This document shows positions 62,116 through 64,000 of a stretch of DNA of 64,000 bases, one piece after another. The DNA is from a virus. Its lineage: Duplodnaviria > Heunggongvirae > Uroviricota > Caudoviricetes. Each line of letters opens with the position of its first letter. Position 1 is the first letter of the stretch. The position numbers were made by a program, and so were the translations under genes. Where the stretch lies: IMG/VR virus record IMGVR_UViG_2562617057_000010, positions 1-64,000 of that record. One strand, 5' to 3'. Below the pieces are notes generated by a model. It saw only the letters and a list, made by a program, of their open reading frames with translations. It searched no databases and was not told where the DNA came from.

Positions 62116-64000
62116 GATCTTACCTCCGCTGACGACTCCTGTGTGATGACGATACGGCGGGTTGTGGCGCTCCAGTACGCGATACGCCCGTCGCCCGGGC
62201 GAACGCGGGCACCGTTACTCACGGAAATAATGGCTGCGTCAGGCAGCTGCACACCCAGCGCGTCGAGTTCGCGGGTGATTTGTGCGATGGTCGTGGTGTC
62301 GACAGGCACGACAACCTCCACCCTGACAGGGGTGTCTGATGCTGGTCTGGTGTTATTTTGTCCGGTATCCGTGGTGGGCGGCTGATTTTTAAGCTGTCTG
62401 ATGAGCTGTTTCCGCTCGTGACGGGTTAACGTCTGCAACCAGTGCGCCAGGCCGCTTTCCGGAAGCGTCAGCCGCGACCCACGCTGCCTGTTTTCTGTGC
62501 CGGTTCCGGCTGTTTTTTCGTCACCGGGACAGTTATTGCCACGAGTCCAAGGGGCGGCAGGGCCGCCCTGAAGGTCAAAACCATTTTCGCGGGCGCTGTC
62601 TTCCGCTTCCGGTTTACGTCTTACCAGCTTCCAGTTGTCCGGATGCGTGCACACACGGGAGGATTCCCCGATGAGTGGCGACCAGATCCCGTAAATCTGT
62701 ACGCTCTGTTCGCCGTAATCGTTCAGCTCATCTGCGAGGTCGTAGGCGGTGCGAATCAGGTAGTCCTTACGTGGAACAAGTACGCCGCCCTGTTTCTCTA
62801 TGTAGGTGGCAAAACACCCGGCATCAGCGGCAGCAAGAACCGCATCCATTGCGTCATCCTTCAGCCGTTGCGGACCTTCTGGGTTGCGTGCCATCTGGCT
62901 GGCAAGGCGGCGCAGTTCACGCCATACCTGACGGGAGGGGATGCCAAAGAACTGGAACTGGCGGACCCGGTGAAGGCGCGCCCAGCCGATGGCGCGTTCC
63001 ACGCTTTCTGCCATCGTCTTTCCTGATTCGTCGTCGATGCGCGGTTTGCCTGTTTTCGGGTCAATGCCATCCACGGCGTGGCTGTCCAGGTTCTTTCCGA
63101 TGTAGGTGGCGATATAGCTGGTCGGCGTACCTTTCGAACCGTCGACGTACTCCGCCTTAAAGCGCGGAGTTATGTCATCGCCCAGCTCGTGGCGGTCTTC
63201 ACGAATGGCAATATCGCGGGCGATGGTCACGATGCTGTCGATTTCTTCAGGATGTGCAAAGACCATCATATGCCAGTGCACCGTGCCGTCATGGTGAGGC
63301 TCCACCGTGCGGATGCCATACCAGCGCAGGCCCTTGCGGTCCAGTCTGTTACGAACGGCTTTAAAAAAAGTGTTAACCAGATAATCACTGGAATCGCGCA
63401 TGGTAGCCCCGTTCCATTTGGGGTTCGGATGACCGTTCTCCGTTGTTGCGTGGTATTTTGACGGGCAGGTGACAGTCAGAAACACCGCTTTGTCGCCACG
63501 GGATTCGGCTATAAGTTCCGCCCCTTTCATGGTGGCCATCATTTCTGCCTTACGGTGAACCGGGTTACTTACTCCCGCGTAATACACTGTCTCGAGATCA
63601 ATCGTGAACCCGTCTTCATTTTCCAGCATGAAACTTTTCAGAAAATCGCGTGTTTTCTCGCGCTGTGCGCGAAACTCACTTAACGCGTCCTGGCTCAGAT
63701 AGGGCGATGTTTTTCTGGAAACCAGACAGGCGGCGCGGAGTTGTTCTTCTCTCCACTCGCAACGTAAAAGCCACAGTTTGCGTTTCCACCAGTCCGCACA
63801 GGTCAGGCGAAGGATTGCGCTCGGCAGCAGTTCCGTGTCCGGTTCGTTCTTGCGGTCTTTGTCTGTTGTCAGCGCGTCATAATGTGGAGGCATGGCGTGC
63901 AGGTGTAGCGCCATGCGGGCCAGCATCTGATACGCCTTCAGTGCCACCTCCATGGTCAGCTCGCCATCTCTGGCACCGAAACCATCACAGAGTGTTTCAA
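62112..64000 (-). CDS. A: Rolling-circle replication initiator (HUH endonuclease, P2 gpA-like); N-terminus may lie beyond window
   Basis: HUH motif GTVHWHMMVF and catalytic Y-x3-Y (TSYIATYIGK); over 613 aa. Confidence 0.7.
   Translation of the reverse strand, partial: ETLCDGFGARDGELTMEVALKAYQMLARMALHLHAMPPHYDALTTDKDRKNEPDTELLPSAILRLTCADWWKRKLWLLRCEWREEQLRAACLVSRKTSPYLSQDALSEFRAQREKTRDFLKSFMLENEDGFTIDLETVYYAGVSNPVHRKAEMMATMKGAELIAESRGDKAVFLTVTCPSKYHATTENGHPNPKWNGATMRDSSDYLVNTFFKAVRNRLDRKGLRWYGIRTVEPHHDGTVHWHMMVFAHPEEIDSIVTIARDIAIREDRHELGDDITPRFKAEYVDGSKGTPTSYIATYIGKNLDSHAVDGIDPKTGKPRIDDESGKTMAESVERAIGWARLHRVRQFQFFGIPSRQVWRELRRLASQMARNPEGPQRLKDDAMDAVLAAADAGCFATYIEKQGGVLVPRKDYLIRTAYDLADELNDYGEQSVQIYGIWSPLIGESSRVCTHPDNWKLVRRKPEAEDSARENGFDLQGGPAAPWTRGNNCPGDEKTAGTGTENRQRGSRLTLPESGLAHWLQTLTRHERKQLIRQLKNQPPTTDTGQNNTRPASDTPVRVEVVVPVDTTTIAQITRELDALGVQLPDAAIISVSNGARVRPGDGRIAYWSATTRRIVITQESSAEVRS

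Overview
Enterobacterial (E. coli/Shigella-like) accessory region, read directly from sequence with no database search. Layout: (1) a glyW-cysT-leuZ-type tRNA operon (152-454) with promoter and terminator; (2) an IS3-family insertion sequence (IS629-like, 793-2102); (3) a small cargo zone with a secreted Cys-rich protein and a Hok-family type I toxin ORF; (4) a P2-like myovirus prophage on the minus strand whose late operon is split in two: tail/lysis/baseplate genes at 3.9-18.7 kb and capsid/terminase/portal/replication genes at 55.1-64 kb; (5) the 36.4 kb separating them is a complete Mu-like transposable prophage (repressor, ner, A transposase, B ATPase, gam, gemA, mor, C, lysis, head, tail, S/U tail-fibre genes with inverted U'/Sv' copies, com/mom), inserted between the P2-like M and L genes and flanked by a GCTTT direct repeat. 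The most notable points are this nested prophage-in-prophage structure, the Mu-like element's non-canonical end repeats, its G segment lacking gin and a right-hand gix site, inverted homologous tail-fibre blocks shared by the two phages, the Hok-like toxin, and a sequence-evident -1 frameshift in the P2-like tail chaperone. No CRISPR array, rRNA or integrase was found. Product names rest on recalled family signatures and should be confirmed by homology search.
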